IMG/VR virus record: IMGVR_UViG_3300042691_019356
Coordinates: 1 to 64,000 of that record
Direction: 5' to 3' (one strand)
DNA length: 64,000 bases
Origin: a virus
The position numbers and the translations under genes were made by a program. Below the pieces are notes generated by a model. The model was not told the origin of the DNA. It made no database searches and was given only the letters and a program-made list of their open reading frames with translations. This document shows positions 8,073 to 15,115 of this stretch, one piece after another. Each line of letters opens with the position of its first letter. Position 1 is the first letter of the stretch.

Positions 8073-8405
8073 TCACTCCTCCCACGGCAGATTCTCCATC
8101 TGCTCGCAAATGTCATTAGCAAGCTCGTTGCAATTAGAGCGCTTCATGACGGTTGTAGTTGCCCAGTGCGCGAAACTGTAAGCAGCCCCCATGCAACTAT
8201 TGTCGCCAGTCTGGTAGTTCCATTCCAGCTCGTCAGATTCTTTGTCGTATCGAAATCCGATTGTAACTTCGATGCCGGGCTTTTCACCGTCGCCCGTCTC
8301 AACAAGTGTATCGCTTCCGATTTGCTTCTTGATTGCTTTGAAAAAATCCACAAAGGATTGTTTTTCACGCTGAATTGCATTCTTGGTGACTGTGTTGTTT
8401 TTCAT
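8073..8405 (-). CDS. hypothetical protein, 110 aa
   Basis: Internal ATG 8405. The track start at 8453 lies inside the promoter -10. Confidence 0.55.
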   Translation of the reverse strand: MKNNTVTKNAIQREKQSFVDFFKAIKKQIGSDTLVETGDGEKPGIEVTIGFRYDKESDELEWNYQTGDNSCMGAAYSFAHWATTTVMKRSNCNELANDICEQMENLPWEE

Positions 8406-8443
8406 GGGAGTAATTTGATGGTCCGGCTGCTGCCGGTTTTTAC

Positions 8444-8472
8444 AGGATAGCATGGTGCCGAAAGCCTGTCAA
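8444..8472 (-). promoter_or_regulatory. sigma-70-type promoter
   Basis: TTGACA (8467..8472), 17-nt spacer, TATCCT (8444..8449). The -35 sits in the loop of the inverted repeat GGTGCCG/CGGCACC. Confidence 0.5.
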
Positions 8473-8500
8473 CCTCCGGCACCTAGAAGATTTCTAAGTA

Positions 8501-9205
8501 TTAAGCTGCCGTAACTTGCTCCTCGACTTGAACGTATTCCATCAGCTTTGGCTTGACTTTACGGAAATACGAATTGAGAACATCGCGCAAGGAAGATGTA
8601 TTCTGCTTTTTCAGATCGTTTGCAATAATGTGATGCCAGAACATCGTGCGACCAGAACCACGCAGAGCTGTATTGATAAACGATCCGAAGTAGTATTCTT
8701 CTTCGATGTGCGACCAAACGTGATCCAGGCTGCTGTCATTGAAACGACAGGAAAAACAATCACCTGCCTCCGGTTCGATACCGTTTTTCAGCGCCCACTT
8801 GATGTAACCATCAACAAACTTTTTAACCTTTTTGTCGAGAAGTTTCTTGCGGGCCACGATGTCATCTGTTTTATTGATTGCATCAACCGGCTGGCCAGAT
8901 GAATCAATCTTGATGCCATCGTAAAATGGAATCCTATCGCTGTATCCGACACTGTAAAGATACCAGATACCACGCTCCTGTGAAATACGGGCGGGTGTAA
9001 ATTCTTTGAGCCTGGCTTTCGTAGTAACGGTTTGCCAGCCGCCAGTGTTCAGCTCAAATGTATTGTCGTTGAAAACTTTTATGATGTCCGTATTGTGAAG
9101 CTTGACCAGGAAAACATCATCCTCCTTGCGAAGGTATGTATTATTTGCAAGCTTTTTCGTTTCTCGCTTGCCAAGTGCATAGATGCACTTATCGTAAGTA
9201 AGCAT
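8501..9205 (-). CDS. hypothetical protein, 234 aa
   Basis: ATG-started ORF. I recognised no catalytic motif. Confidence 0.65.
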   Translation of the reverse strand: MLTYDKCIYALGKRETKKLANNTYLRKEDDVFLVKLHNTDIIKVFNDNTFELNTGGWQTVTTKARLKEFTPARISQERGIWYLYSVGYSDRIPFYDGIKIDSSGQPVDAINKTDDIVARKKLLDKKVKKFVDGYIKWALKNGIEPEAGDCFSCRFNDSSLDHVWSHIEEEYYFGSFINTALRGSGRTMFWHHIIANDLKKQNTSSLRDVLNSYFRKVKPKLMEYVQVEEQVTAA

Positions 9206-9256
9206 GGTTTTGTAATTTGAGAAAGGGATAAAAAGAAAGCCCCCGCCTCAGCCCCT

Positions 9257-9299
9257 ATTAAAGGGCAAGGACGGGAGCCTGTCAAGTAGCAGAAGCTAC
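9257..9299 (-). promoter_or_regulatory. sigma-70-type promoter with abutting hairpin
   Basis: TTGACA (9280..9285), 17-nt spacer, TTTAAT (9257..9262). The hairpin GTAGC-N4-GCTAC lies immediately upstream of the -35. Confidence 0.6.
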
Positions 9300-9313
9300 A
9301 AGGTAGCTAAAGT

Positions 9314-9502
9314 TTACAGAGGCATTACAGGGATCGCACTGCCGCAATTATGGCAGGTCAAGTAAATGTTTTTTCTGTTGATGACATCTGTTTTGATTCT
9401 CCATAGTGGATCCAATGCAAAGCGACTGCGTTTTGTTTTGCAGCACTTGTGGCATATCTTAAAGAACCCCTCTGTAAATACATATCTGTAGGGTTGATTC
9501 AT
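9314..9502 (-). CDS. zinc-ribbon-like small protein, 62 aa
   Basis: Internal ATG 9502. Two CxxC pairs are present (CHKCC... and CHNC). Confidence 0.5.
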   Translation of the reverse strand: MNQPYRYVFTEGFFKICHKCCKTKRSRFALDPLWRIKTDVINRKNIYLTCHNCGSAIPVMPL

Positions 9503-9515
9503 GCCGGCAACAATG

Positions 9516-9728
9516 TCAGCCAGCCTCAGACTCGTTGATCTGCTCGTCATCAATACTTTCCTTGACTTGTTTGTAGAGTTTTTTGATTATCTCTCTGCAC
9601 TTTTGCCATGATTCTTGCTTAAGTGGTTCTTTTCCATCGCCAAGCATTTCGACAAATGTATTGCCGGAATGATACATGAAGCGCAATGAAACCATGATCA
9701 CACGCTTTTCGGTATTGCTCAGAGCCAT
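9516..9728 (-). CDS. hypothetical protein, 70 aa
   Basis: ATG-started ORF with a 10-nt overlap to the upstream gene. Confidence 0.55.
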   Translation of the reverse strand: MALSNTEKRVIMVSLRFMYHSGNTFVEMLGDGKEPLKQESWQKCREIIKKLYKQVKESIDDEQINESEAG

Positions 9729-9916
9729 TGAATTACAGCTCCGTCGATTTGCCAGGTCTTTTCGCCAATCTTGTCATCAAGAAAATGGAACCTCAATCCA
9801 TTTTCAAGCGTGATGTACTGACCAGTGCGGCCAATGACTTGTGTTTTCTCCAGGGGCTGCCCAGGAAAGAGAACGGCCATTGAATGGCCGCTCTCCGGTT
9901 TCTGAACTTCAATCAT
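9719..9916 (-). CDS. hypothetical protein, 65 aa
   Basis: ATG-started ORF with an ATGA overlap. Confidence 0.55.
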   Translation of the reverse strand: MIEVQKPESGHSMAVLFPGQPLEKTQVIGRTGQYITLENGLRFHFLDDKIGEKTWQIDGAVIQWL

Positions 9917-10095
9917 TGCGATGAATTGGTTTCGCCAAACGTAGAATACTTGGCAACGATGTCAGGGAATGCGTCGCAGATGCGTTGATAGTTCTGCGGA
10001 TCTGCTGCAATCATGGCATCCGCCAAACGCGAAACAAAATTGCCGCCGTGTTGACGCATGTTTTCGACGAGTTGAAACTTGGTGTCTTGGTTCAT
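9913..10095 (-). CDS. hypothetical protein, 60 aa
   Basis: ATG-started ORF with an ATGA overlap. Confidence 0.55.
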   Translation of the reverse strand: MNQDTKFQLVENMRQHGGNFVSRLADAMIAADPQNYQRICDAFPDIVAKYSTFGETNSSQ

Positions 10096-10397
10096 TTCTG
10101 GGAAGAATTGTTGGAAATCATTTCACGGAAAGTAATTTTCTTTCCGTCATCATCGAATCCAGTGGATTCCATGAGCTTGTCCTTAAGCTGTTTAGCCTGT
10201 TCCATTTGATTTGCAAGCAACTGCATTTTGATGCCTGCAATCATTAAGTGCTCGTTAATACCAAATGGCCAAAAGCGCTTGCGACGCATCACACCGCGAT
10301 GAACTTTGGCAGCCTCTTTTTCAATGTCGCTTGCATATGAATGCAGCAACGAATGAATTACGGCGATCTCGTAGGTGTAAAGCTCGGGAACTTTCAT
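10092..10397 (-). CDS. hypothetical protein, 101 aa
   Basis: ATG 10397 overlaps the stop of 10394..10891 (ATGA). The track start at 10430 is TTG. Confidence 0.55.
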   Translation of the reverse strand: MKVPELYTYEIAVIHSLLHSYASDIEKEAAKVHRGVMRRKRFWPFGINEHLMIAGIKMQLLANQMEQAKQLKDKLMESTGFDDDGKKITFREMISNNSSQK

Positions 10398-10891
10398 TTC
10401 AGGTACTGCTTGTAATTGCCAAGGAGACAAAGATCCATGAGATCATTAAACTCAACGGAATCAATACTGCCGCCGCCGTAATCATCAGTTTTGCAAATGA
10501 GAAAACATTTCTGATGATACGGACCAACATTGTGCAGATAACCTTTGTTTTCTGCAAGTGGATTGTCTTTGTTAAGCCATCGCATACAAAGGATCTGAAT
10601 AGGAGCCATTGGGCTTCGCTCCCATTTATCCCTTGCTGCAATGTCGCAATACAGCGGCGTGAAGTAACTACCAAGCTCTCCGACGATCCATGCGTAGTAA
10701 TGACCCACGGGAGCATCGTTAAGCTTTCGCCTGTCATGAATGGCGATGTCAGACCAGTTGTGCCGAACGTAATGCTCGGCTTCCATAATCATCCTGTCAT
10801 GTAACGACCCATACGGAAGCTTGGGCCGGATTTTTTCAAGTTGCTGGGTGGAGACGAGGACAGACATAGATCCTTGCGAGGACTCTGGCAT
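10394..10891 (-). CDS. hypothetical protein, 165 aa
   Basis: ATG-started ORF. Confidence 0.6.
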   Translation of the reverse strand: MPESSQGSMSVLVSTQQLEKIRPKLPYGSLHDRMIMEAEHYVRHNWSDIAIHDRRKLNDAPVGHYYAWIVGELGSYFTPLYCDIAARDKWERSPMAPIQILCMRWLNKDNPLAENKGYLHNVGPYHQKCFLICKTDDYGGGSIDSVEFNDLMDLCLLGNYKQYLK

Positions 10892-10937
10892 CCTACCACG
10901 TCCAAATCCCTATGGCAAGGGCGAGCGTCACAGAGAT

Positions 10938-11477
10938 TTACGCAGGCAATGGCTGCAACCTGAGCGACGGAAACAGCTTGCGATTTGAAAGGCGATGCCA
11001 GTTTTGTACGACCTGTGGCAATGTATCAAAAGGTTCGGTCATAACGTTTCCCGATTTCGTGTAGGGACATATCCAGTCAGCAACCGTATTGTTAATATAG
11101 ATCAACGGAAAGTCATGCCTTGTGCCAATCCAAATTGCACCAGTATCAATCGGCTTGTTTCCTGAACAACGAACAAAAGGATAGAAGCCGCCTTCTATTG
11201 CCTGTTCGATCTGACAATAAATACCACCCCATCCAAATTGATTGATCTCCTCCAGGATTTCAGTGAACTCCTGCCGTGATGTAGTCCGAAGCTTTGCGTG
11301 TTTCTGGATGTCAAGCTCTGTATTGTACCAGCGCTTAAACCTTATGACATACTTTCTACCCTGGCAAATTGCCTGCTTGCATAGTGCCAGTCTGTTGTCG
11401 GTCTGGGCTTTTGAAAAAACAGGCCAACCGTACTTATTTAATTGTTCGTAATGTTTTTTGCTCTGGTAGTTTGCCAA
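10938..11477 (-). CDS. hypothetical protein, 179 aa (possibly the C-terminal part of a frameshifted gene)
   Basis: The only available start is TTG. This frame opens just downstream of an A7 tract (11500..11506) that could join it to the upstream ORF. Confidence 0.5.
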   Translation of the reverse strand: MANYQSKKHYEQLNKYGWPVFSKAQTDNRLALCKQAICQGRKYVIRFKRWYNTELDIQKHAKLRTTSRQEFTEILEEINQFGWGGIYCQIEQAIEGGFYPFVRCSGNKPIDTGAIWIGTRHDFPLIYINNTVADWICPYTKSGNVMTEPFDTLPQVVQNWHRLSNRKLFPSLRLQPLPA

Positions 11478-11980
11478 GGTCTTGACGCAATGAATGGCGT
11501 TTTTTTCTCATAGGCTTTTACCTCTCTCAAGATTGGATCTTTGACAACCAGGAGAGAAAGCAAAAATGAATGAGTCTTAGCATTGTAGCGATTGACCTCA
11601 ACGCCATCAAGCCATAATAAAATCTCTTGCGACTTTCTGGCGCAGTCAATCCAATACTTCCTGTGTGAAATAGCTTCCTGTTGCTGAATTGTCTTGGCAA
11701 CCATGCCAGATACAGGACAGATAAATTCAAGTCTTCCAGGTGCCCCATAGCCACGAACTGTATAGAACTTATACCAGATGAATGCAGCTCTGCGTTTTGC
11801 CTTTTCAAGTTGAAACCAGAATTTCATTCTGATTGTATGCAATGCCCTGTGCCTCCATTGATTTGTGCCAATCCATGGTTTCTTTTCTTGTTTAACTCGC
11901 TCTCTTGAAATTAGCGTGATCTTATACGGGAATGACTTGGCCCCTGGTCTCTTCCTGGCCACTTGCCCCAAACACCACAT
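11438..11980 (-). CDS. hypothetical protein, about 180 aa, start uncertain
   Basis: ATG 11980 or 11827 within track ORF 11438..12130 (track start is TTG). It overlaps 10938..11477 by 40 nt. Confidence 0.4.
   Translation of the reverse strand: MWCLGQVARKRPGAKSFPYKITLISRERVKQEKKPWIGTNQWRHRALHTIRMKFWFQLEKAKRRAAFIWYKFYTVRGYGAPGRLEFICPVSGMVAKTIQQQEAISHRKYWIDCARKSQEILLWLDGVEVNRYNAKTHSFLLSLLVVKDPILREVKAYEKKTPFIASRPWQTTRAKNITNN
11500..11506 (-). other. A7 homopolymer at the junction of two ORF frames
   Basis: Minus strand reads GAG AAA AAA ACG. A -1 shift here reads straight into the 179-aa frame. Confidence 0.4.
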
Positions 11981-12151
11981 AGATCTAGGATACAGCAATG
12001 GAATCCTCGTATCACTACCTGATTCACCGGCCGGGCAAGCCTCCAATCTGGGGGCTGCTGCGCCGGTGGAACTGGGGGGCGGGATCCCCACTGGATCACC
12101 TTGCAAGGCTGTATCCAGACTCAACAACAATCACAATCACAAAAATCAACA

Positions 12152-12439
12152 ATGTTCCCACTTACGGATCAAGAGAAAGAAGAAACGCAACGCGATCTGG
12201 TGGCACTACTGGAATCGCTGAACAGCTCGGCCGAACTGCTGTCAGAATTTATTGAAGCCCTCCGCAATCGCGCAATTGGACTTGACAAGGAAACAGAGCA
12301 AGCACTGCGTAAGCCAATTAACAGAATTGGTTCCCTTGGCTTTCAATTAAACCTAACCCAGTACAAGGCACGAAACTTCAAGGAACGGCAATTCACAATG
12401 GAAGTCCAGGGGATCGAACCCTGCTCAGGCGAATTATGA
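12152..12439 (+). CDS. hypothetical helical protein, 95 aa
   Basis: ATG 12152 is preceded by the CA-rich leader CAACAACAATCACAATCACAAAAATCAACA. Its 3' end runs antisense over the tRNA. Confidence 0.45.
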   Translation: MFPLTDQEKEETQRDLVALLESLNSSAELLSEFIEALRNRAIGLDKETEQALRKPINRIGSLGFQLNLTQYKARNFKERQFTMEVQGIEPCSGEL

Positions 12440-12471
12440 GTTCGCTGCATTCACCAGATTGCTAGACTTCC
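12399..12471 (-). tRNA. tRNA-Met or Ile2 type (anticodon CAU)
   Basis: A cloverleaf was folded by hand. Acceptor stem GGAAGTC/GACTTCC. D arm GCA/TGC with GG in the loop. Anticodon stem GCGAA/TTCGC with loop CTCATAA. 5-nt variable loop. T arm CAGGG-TTCGATC-CCCTG. Discriminator A. No encoded CCA. Confidence 0.85.
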
Positions 12472-12492
12472 GCAAATCAACCATAGCAGATC

Positions 12493-12723
12493 ATGAAACT
12501 TGTCCGCTGTGAACGTTGTGGAGCCAAGTGGATCAACGATCTGCACTACTGGGCAACCGGCAAGCCAGGATCAGAACTGGATCTCGCTGGCCTGGTTTGC
12601 AATCGGGTGAATGACGATCGCTGCCCCAATCCCATGAAAGGCCAGACCGGTGGGGACACCTGGGAAGCCCGAGCTGCGCGGATGGTTTCGCTGGCGCCCC
12701 CTGACAGCCCTGAGGGGGCCTAG
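12493..12723 (+). CDS. Cys-rich (zinc-ribbon-like) protein, 76 aa
   Basis: ATG-started ORF. It has CERC near the N-terminus plus two further Cys residues. Confidence 0.5.
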   Translation: MKLVRCERCGAKWINDLHYWATGKPGSELDLAGLVCNRVNDDRCPNPMKGQTGGDTWEARAARMVSLAPPDSPEGA

Positions 12724-12914
12724 TGGTCTGGTAGGCCATCGAGCCAGTCAGCAACGCCACTGGAGCCGCCGTAGCGCTCCCTCAGCACCGTGGCCAGCTC
12801 AGCCCCAACGGCCAGGGCCTGGCGCCTGCAGTCCAAACAAGCCACACGACATTGCATTACATCGCTGCCAGAAAGCTTGCAGGCAGCAAATGCCAATCTG
12901 TCAGAAAGCTTCAT
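12720..12914 (-). CDS. hypothetical protein, 64 aa
   Basis: ATG-started ORF with an AGGAG RBS 8 nt upstream. Confidence 0.55.
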   Translation of the reverse strand: MKLSDRLAFAACKLSGSDVMQCRVACLDCRRQALAVGAELATVLRERYGGSSGVADWLDGLPDH

Positions 12915-12930
12915 AATTCAACTCCTGCAA

Positions 12931-12960
12931 ACAGCGCAAAGCCCCCGGTTTCCCGAGGGC
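12931..12960 (-). terminator. stem-loop, possible terminator
   Basis: Minus strand reads GCCCTCGG-GAAA-CCGGGGGC (8 bp, GNRA loop) followed by TTTGCGCTGTTTGC. The U-tract is weak. Confidence 0.35.
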
Positions 12961-13197
12961 CTTGGCAGGGCTTCATGCAGCGTTAACACACCTGATTGGC
13001 TCCATTCAGCCCAGGCTCACCGCTGCAGATGCTGGAGCAGTGTAGCAGAAAAGAGATGGCCCAGGCGTGAAGACTGTGGGGGGGCAGCAATCTTCAGGGG
13101 TCTGGGCTCTATCCCCACGCTTGCCGTAATGGGTCGAGGGCGTGGTATGACCGACCGGAAGCAAGCCGGAGTCATCACGAGATCATACACCACCTGA

Positions 13198-13416
13198 CTA
13201 CTGGTTGGCAGATTTACGCATGACCTCAAGACGCTTTTCCGTAAGATAAATCTGATAAATAGTATCACATTTATCTGGTTTTGTGCGACAATCTATCATG
13301 CCCTTCACGTATAGCCTCGTCTGGTCAGGAGCAAATGAACTGAGCAAAATCAAAAGAATAGCGGAAAGAAATACACCAAAAAGCATTCCCGCAGTAAAAG
13401 ATCCTGAGTTTTTCAT
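13198..13416 (-). CDS. small membrane protein, 72 aa
   Basis: ATG-started ORF with one clear hydrophobic helix (FTAGMLFGVFLSAILLILLSSF). Confidence 0.6.
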   Translation of the reverse strand: MKNSGSFTAGMLFGVFLSAILLILLSSFAPDQTRLYVKGMIDCRTKPDKCDTIYQIYLTEKRLEVMRKSANQ

Positions 13417-13526
13417 TGAAGTAAAAGTTTGAATTGTTTGCCCCGATTGACCTTACGGGGACTTGTTGCCTGGGGATCCTCCCTACCCGATGGTCAAGGG
13501 GCATGGGCCAGGGTGTCAATCATACA

Positions 13527-13709
13527 TCACTCAACCCTTGATAGCTGCGACATCTCGAAAAGCGCCGTTGCATTGGCCCCAGGCCCATACGCATTATAGA
13601 CATATACCGTTACTATATCTTTTTCAATTTGCTTGATGACACCACAAGCGGGAATTCCATGTCGATTTTTCCACGGTGTAACAACCATGTCGTTGATTGA
13701 AAAGTTCAT
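13527..13709 (-). CDS. hypothetical protein, 60 aa
   Basis: ATG 13709 overlaps the stop of 13706..13936 (ATGA). The track start at 13790 is TTG. Confidence 0.5.
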   Translation of the reverse strand: MNFSINDMVVTPWKNRHGIPACGVIKQIEKDIVTVYVYNAYGPGANATALFEMSQLSRVE

Positions 13710-13936
13710 TTCCTGAAAGTAAAACGAGTTGAAGGGCCTCGTCCGGTTACGGCATCCCACCAGGCGATGACCGAAATCCGCATCCTGCAATGGTTCCTTC
13801 TCCTGTTGTAGGGACCGGGATCATACAAGGTTTCTGCGCCGACGTGGCCCCTATGACGATCGAGCCAGCGCAAGCAACCACGACGCTCGGGGCATTTATC
13901 ATCAAAGCATCTTGTCCAGTCCCTCGGAAGATTCAT
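13706..13936 (-). CDS. Cys/Arg-rich small protein, 76 aa
   Basis: Internal ATG 13936 of track ORF 13706..14005. It is coupled to the next gene by ATGA and overlaps the end of the HTH gene by 35 nt. Confidence 0.4.
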   Translation of the reverse strand: MNLPRDWTRCFDDKCPERRGCLRWLDRHRGHVGAETLYDPGPYNRRRNHCRMRISVIAWWDAVTGRGPSTRFTFRK

Positions 13937-14519
13937 GGACTGCCTCGCAACTTGATTGCATAATAGCGGAATCCGTTTTGGGTTTGTGCTGTTTTTGTGA
14001 AGCATAATGCCTCTCGATTAGTTTTACAAGCGTGTCTGCATTAAACTCCGTGACCCATCCACAACGAATCAGTTTTTCTCTTAGGGTTTCACTTAACTGT
14101 GCGGGCGGATTTCGGTAAGCCTTGGGGACTTCACGCATCCCTGTATAACAGGCCCAAAACTCAAGCGCAGTCCAGACCGGACAATCTTCATCGCCAATCG
14201 GCTTTGCATTTGCAAGCCTTTCCCTGATGGTCTGACTTTTTACATTGCCCCAATCAGCCTCATCAATGCGACGATTCATTTCAGCGAGCTGAAAGAATGC
14301 TTTTTGCCGCAGTTCACCAGCTTTGCCATTTTCGATAACAGACAGATTGCCATAAGAGATTGCCTGAAATCCAGCTTCCGATGCCCAGTTGCACCACGTA
14401 TATTGCGTCCAGCCAATATGTAGACGCCAGTTCTTCATCATGTTGCCAAACGCAACACGATTATCAGCCGGCTCCCATGATTCTGGTGCCGGTGATTGCT
14501 TGCTGCCAGAGTTGTTCAT
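13902..14519 (-). CDS. XRE-type helix-turn-helix DNA-binding protein, 205 aa
   Basis: The N-terminal segment FGNMMKNWRLHIGWTQYTWCNWASEAGFQAISYGNLSVIENGK fits the Cro/CI-type HTH pattern. Confidence 0.55.
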   Translation of the reverse strand: MNNSGSKQSPAPESWEPADNRVAFGNMMKNWRLHIGWTQYTWCNWASEAGFQAISYGNLSVIENGKAGELRQKAFFQLAEMNRRIDEADWGNVKSQTIRERLANAKPIGDEDCPVWTALEFWACYTGMREVPKAYRNPPAQLSETLREKLIRCGWVTEFNADTLVKLIERHYASQKQHKPKTDSAIMQSSCEAVHESSEGLDKML

Positions 14520-14841
14520 TTTGGTTTTTGAGAGATTGCTTGAGTTGATTGATTTTTGGTTCTACAAGGTGGTGGCTAGAAACAGTTCCAGTAATACCTT
14601 GAACAGAAATACGAACTGATCCACATGGAAGGGTTTCAGTGGTAACAGACATCCACTGCTTCCATTCGTCTTCAGAAACTGGCTTAACCCCCTGAAAAAC
14701 AAAATGACCACCACCACTTCCATTAACGCATCCAAGGCAAGCACAAGCCTGGGACTTGCACCACCTTTTGCGCCAGGCGGAAGGAATCATCTGCATTGCT
14801 GCATTGACTTCTGCCTGGCTCCTCATTTGATCGTTACTCAT
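14464..14841 (-). CDS. hypothetical Cys-containing protein, 125 aa
   Basis: ATG 14841 has a GGAGA RBS and an 8-nt overlap (ATGAGTAA) with the upstream gene. Confidence 0.55.
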   Translation of the reverse strand: MSNDQMRSQAEVNAAMQMIPSAWRKRWCKSQACACLGCVNGSGGGHFVFQGVKPVSEDEWKQWMSVTTETLPCGSVRISVQGITGTVSSHHLVEPKINQLKQSLKNQNEQLWQQAITGTRIMGAG

Positions 14842-15115
14842 TGTCGTCTCCTGGAAATGGAACAGACGGATCAAGTATAGTCACCTTGTACCTTGCGTGA
14901 TTCCTCGTGAACCTAAAGTGACTCCATCCAAACTTTTCTCCAAGCTGAATCCAGCCAAGTAAACCCCACCAGCCAGGTTGGCAAGTATTACTGTTTGTCC
15001 AGCAGATGCAACCAATGGATCCACCATGGCTATCAATGTGCAATGGATAGCCAAGCCTTCTAACTGGCACAAATGCAATGAAGCCGGTGCTGGGCGTGAA
15101 TGTAAAGTCGCTCAT
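14834..15115 (-). CDS. hypothetical protein, 93 aa
   Basis: ATG 15115 overlaps the stop of 15112..16224 (ATGA). Confidence 0.55.
   Translation of the reverse strand: MSDFTFTPSTGFIAFVPVRRLGYPLHIDSHGGSIGCICWTNSNTCQPGWWGLLGWIQLGEKFGWSHFRFTRNHARYKVTILDPSVPFPGDDNE

Noticed and set aside
12399-12471. The tRNA as a prophage attachment site or host-phage junction.
   Set aside because: No integrase or excision module is adjacent. Both flanks carry phage-style small genes with the same leader motifs.
12533-13268. ORFs 12533..12760(-), 12650..12916(+), 12790..13197(+) and 13017..13268(-).
   Set aside because: They are GC-rich shadow frames overlapping better-supported genes or the ORF-free spacer. 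They have no RBS.
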